Assembly (NCBI GenBank): GCA_037142075.1
Contig: JBAXBJ010000006.1
Span: 25,266 to 89,265 of the forward strand
Origin: Bacteroidota bacterium
Lineage (GTDB): Bacteria; Bacteroidota; Bacteroidia; Bacteroidales; UBA4417
Direction of reading: 5' to 3'
DNA length: 64,000 nt
Both the position numbers and the translations under genes were made by a program. Of this stretch, positions 1-8,664 are shown one piece after another. The number at the start of each line of letters is the position of its first letter. Within the stretch, counting starts at the first letter, position 1. Under the pieces are notes generated by a model, which was given only the letters and a program-made list of their open reading frames with translations, was not told the origin of the DNA and made no database searches.

Positions 1-367
1 CATATAGAATTCCAATGTTAAGATCAGCAATTTGCATCGAAAATTCTCGTCCGCCAATAGTTAAATTTCCACCCCAGGGAATTACAACACCAGTGAGTAA
101 AGCTGTGGTCATAGCTATAGATGGTCCGAGTATAAAGAGTACCCTGTTTGCTGAAAGTGGAATAATTTCTTCTTTCATAAACATTTTAACGCCGTCAGCT
201 AAGGGTTGTAACAATCCGAAAGGTCCGGCCCGGTTAGGTCCGCGGCGGTCCTGCATAAAAGCTGCTACTTTACGTTCGCCATAGGTTGAGTACATGGCAA
301 CCACGAGGGTAACAAGCAGGATTATAAACAGGAATATGGTTTTATATAAGTACAGTGTCCAATCCAT
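1..367 (-). CDS. nuoH: NADH-quinone oxidoreductase subunit H, N-terminal part (gene runs off the left edge)
   Basis: Own translation of the minus strand from ATG at 367 gives MDWTLYLYKTIFLFIILLVTLVVAMYSTYGERKVAAFMQDRRGPNRAGPFGLLQPLADGVKMFMKEE..., the conserved NuoH/ND1 N-terminus. The frame stays open to position 1 and follows nuoG in the same orientation. It is absent from the ORF track because it has no stop in the window. Confidence 0.85.
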   Translation of the reverse strand, partial: MDWTLYLYKTIFLFIILLVTLVVAMYSTYGERKVAAFMQDRRGPNRAGPFGLLQPLADGVKMFMKEEIIPLSANRVLFILGPSIAMTTALLTGVVIPWGGNLTIGGREFSMQIADLNIGILY

Positions 368-423
368 CTTAGCGTATTGCGTTGCAGAATGAGAAATTAA
401 GTTTTACTATTTCTGATAGTGAT

Positions 424-1377
424 TTATTCGCTTTCCTTACCATTTTCAGGTATATCAAGCTGTTCATAGTGATTTTGTGAAATTACGGAATGTCTTTCAA
501 TCTTCCTTGGACCTTCTATTATCCAATCTTTCGTTTCCTTATAGACAAACCGGCAATCGTTGCAGATAAACTCTTCCAGTTCGCCGTATTGATCTTTTCT
601 TCCTGTAACGCGGAGAATTTCCTCGCCTTTCATCCACAAAACAGTTTTACCGCAGCACTTTGAGCATTCGCGATGTGCATCGAATGGCCTCGTAAACCAG
701 ACCCGGCTTTTAAACCGGAAAGTTTTATCTGTTAATGCACCCACAGGACAAACATCAATCATATTTCCTGAAAAATCATTATCAACCGCCTTTTCAATCA
801 ATGTGCTGATTTCCGAATGATCGCCACGGCCCAAAACGCCATGAACACGGTTATCAGTGATTTGATCGGCAACTTTCACACAACGGTAGCATAATATGCA
901 GCGGTTCATGTGAAGTTTAATCAGATCACCTATGTCAATAGGATCAAAGGTTCTGCGGTCTTCTTCAGTGCGGGTTTCTTCCAGTCCATGCTCGTAGGAA
1001 AGGTCCTGCAAGTGACATTCACCTGCCTGGTCGCAAACAGGGCAATCAAGAGGGTGGTTTATCAGAAGGAATTCGGTAATTGCACGGCGGTTATCCATAA
1101 CTTCGGGTGAAGTCCTGTTTTGCACCACCATTCCATCCTGAACAGGTGTTCGGCATGAAGCTACAAGCTTGGGCATAGGTCGATTGTCCTTAAACGAACC
1201 CTGTGATACTTTTACAAGACATGTTCGGCAATAACCTCCGCTGCCTTCCAGTTTCGAATAATAGCACATGGCAGGCGGAACCACGCTGCCGCCAATCTTT
1301 CGGGCAGCATTCATGATGGTTGTTCCGGCTTCGACCTCAACCTCAATATTATCAATGGTTACCTTTAAAAGGGGCAT
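424..1377 (-). CDS. nuoG: NADH-quinone oxidoreductase subunit G, short form (Fe-S domains only)
   Basis: 317 aa. N-terminal 2Fe-2S ferredoxin-type cysteines (CYYSKLEGSGGYCRTCLV...SCRT). HPLDCPVCDQAGECHLQD, CILCYRCVKV and CPVGALT Fe-S motifs of the 75-kDa subunit. No molybdopterin-like C-terminal domain. Overlaps nuoF by 13 nt. Confidence 0.85.
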   Translation of the reverse strand: MPLLKVTIDNIEVEVEAGTTIMNAARKIGGSVVPPAMCYYSKLEGSGGYCRTCLVKVSQGSFKDNRPMPKLVASCRTPVQDGMVVQNRTSPEVMDNRRAITEFLLINHPLDCPVCDQAGECHLQDLSYEHGLEETRTEEDRRTFDPIDIGDLIKLHMNRCILCYRCVKVADQITDNRVHGVLGRGDHSEISTLIEKAVDNDFSGNMIDVCPVGALTDKTFRFKSRVWFTRPFDAHRECSKCCGKTVLWMKGEEILRVTGRKDQYGELEEFICNDCRFVYKETKDWIIEGPRKIERHSVISQNHYEQLDIPENGKESE

Positions 1378-2666
1378 TTCTGGAGTTTTACGTGATCTTC
1401 AAATTCTTCGCGGAAATGACGTATTGCGCTTGCAACCGGCCATGCAGCAGCATCGCCGAGCGGGCAAATTGTATTTCCTTCAATATGTTTTGAGATATTG
1501 ACCAGCAGGTCGATGTCTTTCATTGTTCCGTGACCGGATTCGATTCGGTGCAGTATTTTTTCCATCCAGCCTGTTCCTTCTCTGCACGGACTGCATTGCC
1601 CGCAGGATTCGTGGTGGTAGAATTTGGCAAAAGTCAGCAGGTTTTTGACAATGCAAGTTGTTTCGTCCATTACAATAAACCCGCCAGATCCAAGCATCGT
1701 GCCTGATACAAATCCTCCTTCCGACAAGGATTCATAACTCATCAGCCTCGGTTCGCCAGTTGCAGTTTTTAGTATCAGACTGGCAGGAAGAATCGGAACG
1801 GAAGATCCACCGGCTACAACAGCTTTTAACTTGTAACCATAACGAACGCCTCCGCAAAATTCGTCGCTGTAAATAAATTCTTCAACCGGTAATCCAAGTT
1901 CAATTTCGTAAATGCCTGGTTTGTTGATATGACCACAGGCTGAAATAAGCTTAGTTCCTTTGCTGTTGCCAATTCCGATGGAAGCATAAGCCTCGCCTCC
2001 ATTATTCATAATCCAGGGAAGTGCAGCAATGGTTTCAACATTATTAACAACTGTTGGACAGCCATACAATCCGACCACGGCCGGAAATGGTGGTTTGATC
2101 CTTGGATTACCACGTTTTCCTTCCAGTGATTCAAGCAACGCTGTTTCTTCACCACAAATGTAAGCTCCGGCTCCCGGCTGGCAATACAAATCGAGAGAAT
2201 AACCGCTTCCAAGTATTTTCTCACCCAGGAAACCATTTTTGTATGCTTCAGCAATCGCTTTTTCAATGATTCGGAGGACATAAAATAATTCGCCACGGAT
2301 ATAAATGTAGGATGTACGTGCTCCTAAAGCGTATGAACCAAGTATCATTCCTTCGATCAACTGGTGAGGATTGAGCTGGCCAATATGCCTGTCCTTAAAT
2401 GTTCCGGGTTCACTTTCATCAAAATTGCAGACGAAATACCTGGGATTATTAGTTTTTTTATCAATAAAGCCCCATTTCATTCCTGCAGGGAAACCGGCAC
2501 CGCCACGTCCGCGTAAACCGGATTTTGTCACTTCGCTGGTAACCTGGTCGGGAGTGTAGTTTTTGAGAGCTTTTTCGACAGAGGAATATCCTCCCAACTT
2601 CCTGTAAACCTCGTAACTGGCCAGACCGGGGACATCAATATTTTTTAAAAGTATTTGTTCGGCCAT
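1365..2666 (-). CDS. nuoF: NADH-quinone oxidoreductase subunit F (51 kDa, NADH/FMN-binding)
   Basis: 433 aa. GRGGAGFPAGMKW nucleotide/FMN motif and ESCGQCSPCREG 4Fe-4S motif. Sits between nuoE and nuoG. Confidence 0.95.
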   Translation of the reverse strand: MAEQILLKNIDVPGLASYEVYRKLGGYSSVEKALKNYTPDQVTSEVTKSGLRGRGGAGFPAGMKWGFIDKKTNNPRYFVCNFDESEPGTFKDRHIGQLNPHQLIEGMILGSYALGARTSYIYIRGELFYVLRIIEKAIAEAYKNGFLGEKILGSGYSLDLYCQPGAGAYICGEETALLESLEGKRGNPRIKPPFPAVVGLYGCPTVVNNVETIAALPWIMNNGGEAYASIGIGNSKGTKLISACGHINKPGIYEIELGLPVEEFIYSDEFCGGVRYGYKLKAVVAGGSSVPILPASLILKTATGEPRLMSYESLSEGGFVSGTMLGSGGFIVMDETTCIVKNLLTFAKFYHHESCGQCSPCREGTGWMEKILHRIESGHGTMKDIDLLVNISKHIEGNTICPLGDAAAWPVASAIRHFREEFEDHVKLQKCPF

Positions 2667-2669
2667 GAT

Positions 2670-3200
2670 TTACAGGTAAGGATTTGTATGCGATATTTTA
2701 TTTTCAGCTTTCCATTTATCGAGCAACTCATCAGCTTTCTTAGTGGTAAGATTTTCATGATACTCGGTTCCAACCTGTATTACAGGTGCATTTCCACAAG
2801 CGGCAAGGCATTCAACTGTTTTGATTGTAAATTTTCCGTCAGCAGTAGTTTCGCCAGCTTTGATACCCAATCGATTTTCAAAATGAGCCAGAATTTCTTC
2901 GGAACCTTTTAACCAGCACGGACCGGTCTGGCAAACTTCAATAACACAATTCCCAACAGGTTGCAGGTTGAACATGCTGTAAAAGGAAGCAACCTCATAA
3001 ACTTCGATAGGTTTAATATCAAGTAAGGATGCCACATATTCCATGGTTTCAGAACTAAGCCACCCCTGATTTTCGGCCTGGGCAATATGAAGTAGTGGGA
3101 GTAAGGCTGATTTTTGCCGTCCTTCCGGGTACCGTTTTATGATCTTGTTTACGAGATCAAGCGTTTCGCGGTTAAATTCTATGTTGAGCTTTTCTGGCAT
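2670..3200 (-). CDS. nuoE: NADH-quinone oxidoreductase subunit E (24 kDa, 2Fe-2S)
   Basis: 176 aa. Thioredoxin-like 2Fe-2S cysteines (CQTGPCWLKG ... ECLAACGNAP). 3-nt gap to nuoF. Confidence 0.9.
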   Translation of the reverse strand: MPEKLNIEFNRETLDLVNKIIKRYPEGRQKSALLPLLHIAQAENQGWLSSETMEYVASLLDIKPIEVYEVASFYSMFNLQPVGNCVIEVCQTGPCWLKGSEEILAHFENRLGIKAGETTADGKFTIKTVECLAACGNAPVIQVGTEYHENLTTKKADELLDKWKAENKISHTNPYL

Positions 3201-3236
3201 TTGAGAGTCTCTGGTTTTTTTTGACCCCTCCTAAAT

Positions 3237-3253
3237 CCTCCCCGTTGGGGAGG
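3237..3253 (-). other. GC-rich hairpin (CCTCCCC-GTT-GGGGAGG) in the nuoD-nuoE spacer
   Basis: Perfect 7-bp stem with a 3-nt loop read directly from the sequence, about 35 nt upstream of the nuoE start. Function unknown. Confidence 0.5.
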
Positions 3254-3289
3254 ACTTGAGATGGTTGTGACATTTGGGTTTACGAGCCT

Positions 3290-3316
3290 ATTTTCTATTT
3301 TTCTATTTTCTATTTA
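3290..3316. repeat. Degenerate tandem TTTTCTA(T) word repeat in the nuoD-nuoE spacer
   Basis: The sequence attttctatttttctattttctattta has a period of 7-8 nt. The word ATTTTCTATT recurs at 41813-41822 and 41827-41836. Confidence 0.8.
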
Positions 3317-3349
3317 TCTCTGGTTTCAGTTATCCAACTTACAAAATCT

Positions 3350-4585
3350 TTACGCATCCAACTCCCCTGCAATCACATTCATCGAACTCATTGTAAGAAT
3401 TGCATCGGATAACATGGCTCCTTTTACCATTTCAGGATAAGCCTGGTAATAAATAAAGCATGGGCGGCGAAAATGCAGCCGTGAAGCGGTACGTCCGCCA
3501 TCACTGACAAGGTAAAATCCCAGTTCGCCGTTGGCAGCTTCAATACTATGGTATACTTCACCTGCAGGAATATCTGTTTCACCCATCACAATTTTGAAAT
3601 GCCAGATCAGCGCTTCCATATTGTTGTAAACTTTCTCTTTTGGCGGCAGTACAAATCTGGGGTCAGGTGCAAAATAGGTTTCCTTATCTTCCATTTTATC
3701 AAGTTTGGCAATTGCCTGCTCGATAATGGAGAGACTCTGCCTCATTTCTTCCTGCCTTACCATAAAGCGGTCATACGTATCACCGTTTTGTCCAACAGGA
3801 ATAATAAAATCGAAATCTTCATATGAGCAATATGGATTCATAACCCTGACATCGTAATCAACTCCGCAGGCACGCAGGTTTGGACCTGTAAATCCATAAG
3901 CTAAAGCACGATCAGCAGGGAAAGCACCTACATCAATGGTACGATCCATAAAAATGCGGTTTCTTGCCAGCAATCTTTCAAATTCATTGAGCTTGGCAGG
4001 ATAATCCTTTAGGAAAAACCTGATCTTTTCCCATGCTTTGGCGCTGAAATTACGTTCAAATCCGCCAATCCTGCCCATATTGGTTGTAAGGCGCGATCCA
4101 CAGATTTCCTCATAAATCTCGTAAATAAATTCCCTGTTCTGGAAAATGTAGGTAAAGCCGGTAAGTGCTCCGCTATCCACGCCAATTACACTGTTGCATA
4201 TCAGGTGGTCGGCAATACGGGCAAGTTCCATAACTATGATTCGCAGGTAATCGACACGCTTTGGAGTTTGAATCCCAAGCAGTTTTTCAACCGTCATGTG
4301 CCAGCCCATATTATTAAGAGGAGCTGAACAATAATTCAACCTGTCGGTCAGAGGTGTAACCTGGTAAAAAGGCCTGCGTTCGGCAATTTTTTCGAATGCA
4401 CGGTGAATATATCCAATGGTTTGTTCGGTACTTACAATAAATTCACCATCCATCAGCATAACGTTCTGGAACACGCCATGCGTAGCCGGATGAGTAGGCC
4501 CAACATTCAGAGTGTTGTACTCCTTCGGCTCTTCCGTTTTAACGAAATCTCTTACCCAATAATCCGAATCCAGTTCTTTTGCCAT
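3350..4585 (-). CDS. nuoD: NADH-quinone oxidoreductase subunit D (49 kDa)
   Basis: 411 aa. NVGPTHPATHGV near the N-terminus, RLHFRRPCF and C-terminal ...MNVIAGELDA, typical of NuoD/Nqo4. Confidence 0.95.
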   Translation of the reverse strand: MAKELDSDYWVRDFVKTEEPKEYNTLNVGPTHPATHGVFQNVMLMDGEFIVSTEQTIGYIHRAFEKIAERRPFYQVTPLTDRLNYCSAPLNNMGWHMTVEKLLGIQTPKRVDYLRIIVMELARIADHLICNSVIGVDSGALTGFTYIFQNREFIYEIYEEICGSRLTTNMGRIGGFERNFSAKAWEKIRFFLKDYPAKLNEFERLLARNRIFMDRTIDVGAFPADRALAYGFTGPNLRACGVDYDVRVMNPYCSYEDFDFIIPVGQNGDTYDRFMVRQEEMRQSLSIIEQAIAKLDKMEDKETYFAPDPRFVLPPKEKVYNNMEALIWHFKIVMGETDIPAGEVYHSIEAANGELGFYLVSDGGRTASRLHFRRPCFIYYQAYPEMVKGAMLSDAILTMSSMNVIAGELDA

Positions 4586-4652
4586 GTATTATTTTGTGTT
4601 CTATTCTAATCGTCCAATTTAATGATTCTATTCAGTTATTAGATCTTACGTC

Positions 4653-4723
4653 ACTTGTCTCTGGTTACTTGTTTCTGGTTTCAACTCATATCTCATAACT
4701 TATAACTCATATCTCATATCTCA
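4653..4723. repeat. Tandem word repeats in the nuoC-nuoD spacer (2 x 14-mer, then 5.5 x CTCATAT-type heptamers)
   Basis: acttgtctctggtt (4653-4666) is followed by acttgtttctggtt (4667-4680). Then come ctcatat/ctcataa/cttataa/ctcatat/ctcatat/ctca (4685-4723), running into the nuoC stop codon. Confidence 0.85.
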
Positions 4724-5260
4724 CCTTCCAAACATCCTGTCATCCTTATCTTCCCTGGTCTGATCCTCAAGCGGGAAATCTTTTCGCATAGGGAATCCGA
4801 CAAAATCATCAACATTCAGAATACGTACAAGGTTGGGATGACCTTCGAACTGAATTCCGAAAAATTCAAACGCCTCGCGTTCCATCCAGTTTGCCGAAGA
4901 CCATATGCTTGTAATAGTTGGAATTGTCGGTTTATCAATTTGAGTGGTTGTTTTTATGCGTATTCTTTGGTTGTTAACGAAACTGTGCAAATGATATACT
5001 ACACCAAGTTGTTCCTTTTCAGGGTAATGCATCCCACAAAGCGTAGTCAGGAAATTGAACTGCAGTTCATTGTCATCACGCAGGAACTGAAACACGTTTT
5101 GAATTTCTTCCTTTTTTACATGAATGCAGAGCATATCAGCCTGCAATTCACCCGATAGAATTGCACCGCTGAATTGATCAGTGAGCTTACGTAGAACTAA
5201 CTGGTTTCTTTCTGGATTGATCTGGAACACTAAGCAGTATTTTGTGGAAAAATTAAACAA
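4721..5260 (-). CDS. nuoC: NADH-quinone oxidoreductase subunit C (30 kDa)
   Basis: 179 aa. The ANWMEREAFEFFGIQFEGHPNLVRIL signature is typical of NuoC. Confidence 0.9.
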   Translation of the reverse strand: MFNFSTKYCLVFQINPERNQLVLRKLTDQFSGAILSGELQADMLCIHVKKEEIQNVFQFLRDDNELQFNFLTTLCGMHYPEKEQLGVVYHLHSFVNNQRIRIKTTTQIDKPTIPTITSIWSSANWMEREAFEFFGIQFEGHPNLVRILNVDDFVGFPMRKDFPLEDQTREDKDDRMFGR

Positions 5261-5316
5261 GGAATTCTTTCTTATTCAACCTGTGGTTTTCAAAGGTACC
5301 GAATTCACCTGAAAAT

Positions 5317-5904
5317 CTATTCCATATTATATTTTTTCATTAAATCTTCATATTCTTTGGAACTTCTTCGCCTGAGCGACTCATTACCAACAAGTTCCTG
5401 TATTTTTATGATGCCGTCGATAATTTGCTCGGGCCGCGGAGGGCAACCCGGCACATAAACATCAACAGGAATTATACGGTCAATGCCTTGCAGAACGCTG
5501 TAGGTATCGAATATTCCTCCACTAGAAGCACAGGCGCCCACAGCAATTACCCATTTGGGTTCAGCCATCTGTATATAGATTTCGCGTAAAACAGGTCCCA
5601 TTTTTTTTGCCACGGTTCCCATTACCATCAGCAAGTCGCTCTGGCGTGGTGAAAAGCTTAATCGCTCGGATCCGAACCGTGCCAGGTCGTAATGCGAGGC
5701 CATGGTGGCCATAAATTCAATTCCACAACAGGATGTAGCAAAAGGTAAGGGCCACAAGGAATTTTTACGTGCCAGCCCGATCGCTTTTTCAAGTGAGGTA
5801 GCAAAAAATCCCTGTCCTGAAACACCTTCGGGAGTTTCGGCTACTGTTGGTTTAATTATCTGATTTTGATTTTCTGACATGAACGAGTTATTTACAGCTT
5901 TCAT
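5317..5904 (-). CDS. nuoB: NADH-quinone oxidoreductase subunit B (20 kDa, cluster N2)
   Basis: 195 aa. CCGIEF, GACASSGG and PGCPPRPE cysteine motifs. Start overlaps the nuoA stop by 1 nt. Confidence 0.95.
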   Translation of the reverse strand: MKAVNNSFMSENQNQIIKPTVAETPEGVSGQGFFATSLEKAIGLARKNSLWPLPFATSCCGIEFMATMASHYDLARFGSERLSFSPRQSDLLMVMGTVAKKMGPVLREIYIQMAEPKWVIAVGACASSGGIFDTYSVLQGIDRIIPVDVYVPGCPPRPEQIIDGIIKIQELVGNESLRRRSSKEYEDLMKKYNME

Positions 5905-6266
5905 TATCGTTTATCCCATTTTAATGCACCTTTAAGGATTATGTAAACAAACCCGGCCAACACAAGTGCCATAAACAAGAGCATTTCAGTAAAGCCATCT
6001 TTTCCAAGAGCTCTCAAATTAACAGCCCATGGATACATAAAAATAACTTCCACATCGAAAAGCACAAAGAGTATAGCAATAAGAAAATATTTTACTGAAA
6101 ACGGACTACGCGCGTTTCCCATACCCTCGATGCCACATTCAAAATTCTCAAGTTTGGCTTTCGACGAGCGTTTGGGCCCTAGAAAATGAGTTGCTACCAT
6201 GGTGGTAATCACGAATCCGAGAACAACCAGTGTTTGAAGTAGTATTGGGATATAGTCTTGGGGCAT
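5904..6266 (-). CDS. nuoA: NADH-quinone oxidoreductase subunit A
   Basis: 120 aa with three hydrophobic helices. FECGIEG and FDVEVIFMYPWA motifs. First gene of the nuo cluster. Confidence 0.9.
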   Translation of the reverse strand: MPQDYIPILLQTLVVLGFVITTMVATHFLGPKRSSKAKLENFECGIEGMGNARSPFSVKYFLIAILFVLFDVEVIFMYPWAVNLRALGKDGFTEMLLFMALVLAGFVYIILKGALKWDKR

Positions 6267-6611
6267 TGCTCTATATTTATTGTGAAATCATTAACAATTG
6301 AAATTATTGATTGTTTGTAAAAGTAAAGATTTAATTGAAAAAAAGAGAATTTTTGTTGATCTGCCAAGAAAATATCCTGAATTTAAGCATGATTCCTGAC
6401 GTTCCTTCAAAGTTATAAAATATGATTCTGCCAGGCATAAATGGTCATATTGCTGAATCTTATAAATGCTTCTCAAATCAACACAAAGCTGATGATTAAA
6501 AAGTTAAAAAGTATAGCAATCGCAATTATGCCATCAACCAGAATGCAAATATTTCTGTAACTTCGTGCTTTATTTTACGTCTATACAAATTACATCTTAA
6601 TCATACAAAAA

Positions 6612-8378
6612 ATGAAACAATTCTTTAAGTTTACTTTCGCCTCGATGTTAGGATTCCTGCTTGCCGGATTCCTTGTATTTATTATTGTAGTAGGTATAAT
6701 AGTTTCTGCCGTTTCTATGGGTAACGAAGAAACAGTAGCGGTTCCCGATAAAACAATTCTGCTTCTCACTCTAAATGAGCCGATCAGCGATCGTTCGTCC
6801 GATAATCCTTTTTCCCATATCAATTTCACCAGGCCCGATGTTTCAGCTCAACTTGGTTTAAATGATATCATCAGCAACCTGAAAAAAGCGGCTTCCGACT
6901 CAAAAGTGAAAGGAATTTACCTTGAACTGTCGGATATTCCTTCGGGGCAAGCCACTGTGGAAGAGATCCGGAATGCACTCATTGAGTTTAAGAAATCAGG
7001 GAAATTTATCGTTTCGTACGCCGAAGTTTTCACCCAAAAATCTTATTATCTTGCTTCCGTTTCCGATAAAATATACCTAAACCCGGCCGGTGGCATGGAG
7101 TTTAAAGGCATGGCAGGACAGGTGATGTTTTTTAAAGGATTGTTAGACAAAATAGATGTGGAAGCCCAGGTGATCCGCCATGGCAAATTTAAAAGTGCGA
7201 TTGAGCCATTTACGCTCGATAAAATGAGCGATGCTAATAAAGTTCAAACACTTACATTTATTTCGGGCATGTGGAATCATATGCTTGCGGGCATTTCAGC
7301 CAGCCGTAAGATTCCGGTTGATGATCTGACAGCCATTGCAAACGAGTTTAAAATTAAGTCGCCCGAAGATGCAGTTAACCTGAAAATGGTTGATAACCTT
7401 TTATATAAGGATCAATTGCTCGACGAACTTAAGAACCGCGTGGGTGCTAAATCCTATAAAGACCTGAAATTTATGAAATTAGGTAAATATGCGAAAGCAC
7501 CCGATGGCGAGAAAAAATCAAGTGCCGATAAAATTGCCGTCATTTATGCCAGCGGAACCATTGCGGGCGGCGAAGGAGATGATGAGTCCATAGGTTCGGA
7601 CCGCATTTCGAAAGCCATACGCAAAGCCCGTATGGACGACAAAGTAAAAGCTGTAGTACTCAGGGTAAATTCACCGGGAGGCAGCGCACTGGCTTCGGAT
7701 GTCATCTGGCGCGAGATGGTGATTACACAAAAAGTAAAGCCTGTGGTGGTTTCGATGGGCGATGTGGCAGCTTCGGGCGGGTATTACATATCGTGTGCTG
7801 CCGATAAGATTTTCGCCTATCCCAACACAATCACGGGATCTATCGGTGTATTCGGCATCATTCCCAATATGAAAGAGATGTTTAATAAAAACCTCGGGAT
7901 AACTTTTGACGAAGTGAAGACTAATCCCTATGCAGATTATATTCCTGTGACACGTCCCATGAATACAGCTGAAAAACAGATCATTACCAAAGAAATTGAA
8001 ACTATTTACAGCACATTTATTACTCATGTTTCCGAAGGACGTAAAATGACTGTTGCCCAGGTTGACAGCATTGGACAAGGCCGGGTTTGGAGTGGCGTAG
8101 ATGCAAAACGCATCGGCCTGGTTGACGAATTCGGCGGGTTGAATGATGCCATAAAAGAAGCGGCCAAATTAGCTAAACTTAAGGAATACAGCACGTTGGA
8201 ACTTCCTGAGCAGAAAGACACTTTCGAACAGATTATGGAAGCCTTTTCGGGCGACAATACTTCTGTTTTTCTAAAAAATGAACTCGGAGCAGCCTATCCC
8301 TATTTCCATTACCTCAGCCAGATGAGTCATATGCAAGGGGTTCAGGCACTTATGCCTTACCAGTTCGATATTAAATAA
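6612..8378 (+). CDS. sppA: Signal peptide peptidase SppA, 67K type (two S49 domains)
   Basis: 588 aa with an N-terminal TM helix. Duplicated S49 peptidase architecture with GDVAASGGYYIS and GxxDxxGG-type motifs. Confidence 0.9.
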   Translation: MKQFFKFTFASMLGFLLAGFLVFIIVVGIIVSAVSMGNEETVAVPDKTILLLTLNEPISDRSSDNPFSHINFTRPDVSAQLGLNDIISNLKKAASDSKVKGIYLELSDIPSGQATVEEIRNALIEFKKSGKFIVSYAEVFTQKSYYLASVSDKIYLNPAGGMEFKGMAGQVMFFKGLLDKIDVEAQVIRHGKFKSAIEPFTLDKMSDANKVQTLTFISGMWNHMLAGISASRKIPVDDLTAIANEFKIKSPEDAVNLKMVDNLLYKDQLLDELKNRVGAKSYKDLKFMKLGKYAKAPDGEKKSSADKIAVIYASGTIAGGEGDDESIGSDRISKAIRKARMDDKVKAVVLRVNSPGGSALASDVIWREMVITQKVKPVVVSMGDVAASGGYYISCAADKIFAYPNTITGSIGVFGIIPNMKEMFNKNLGITFDEVKTNPYADYIPVTRPMNTAEKQIITKEIETIYSTFITHVSEGRKMTVAQVDSIGQGRVWSGVDAKRIGLVDEFGGLNDAIKEAAKLAKLKEYSTLELPEQKDTFEQIMEAFSGDNTSVFLKNELGAAYPYFHYLSQMSHMQGVQALMPYQFDIK

Positions 8379-8398
8379 ATGAAGTTGATTCAGTTTGT

Positions 8399-8432
8399 AA
8401 AAAAGGCGGTCCCGGTAGGGATCGCCTTTTTT
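8399..8432 (+). terminator. Rho-independent terminator after sppA
   Basis: aaaaaaggcggtcccggtagggatcgcctttttt: a GC stem flanked by an A-run and a T-run, 21 nt after the stop. Confidence 0.8.
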
Positions 8433-8664
8433 ATGAAAATCCATTTTAATTATGAAATCACCGAATTTGTAAACCCCCGAAACTAAACTTTTACCCGGTA
8501 TCAAATGTTTAATTAATAGTTTTTGCGAAATTAAAACCATTAACAAAGCGGCAAATTATTGTTTTATCTTATGTTTGATAACCGGATTCAGTAATAGCTC
8601 CTTCAGGGTTAATCTTATAAGTTATATCAGGAAATTTGAATGGTTAAAACTATGAAAATCGGGA

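Noticed and set aside
15-284. 89-aa plus-strand ORF at the left edge
   Set aside because: It lies entirely antisense to an open minus-strand frame whose translation is an unmistakable NuoH N-terminus. It is a shadow ORF.
3213-3236. AGGAGG-like sequence upstream of nuoE (on the minus strand) as a Shine-Dalgarno site
   Set aside because: It lies about 25-30 nt from the start codon, which is too far. Bacteroidota generally do not rely on SD pairing, and it is part of the repeat/hairpin region.
6291-6476. 61-aa ORF in the nuoA-sppA divergent intergenic region (also the 60-aa ORF at 12336..12518)
   Set aside because: AT-rich low-complexity translations with no motifs, located in likely promoter or terminator regions.
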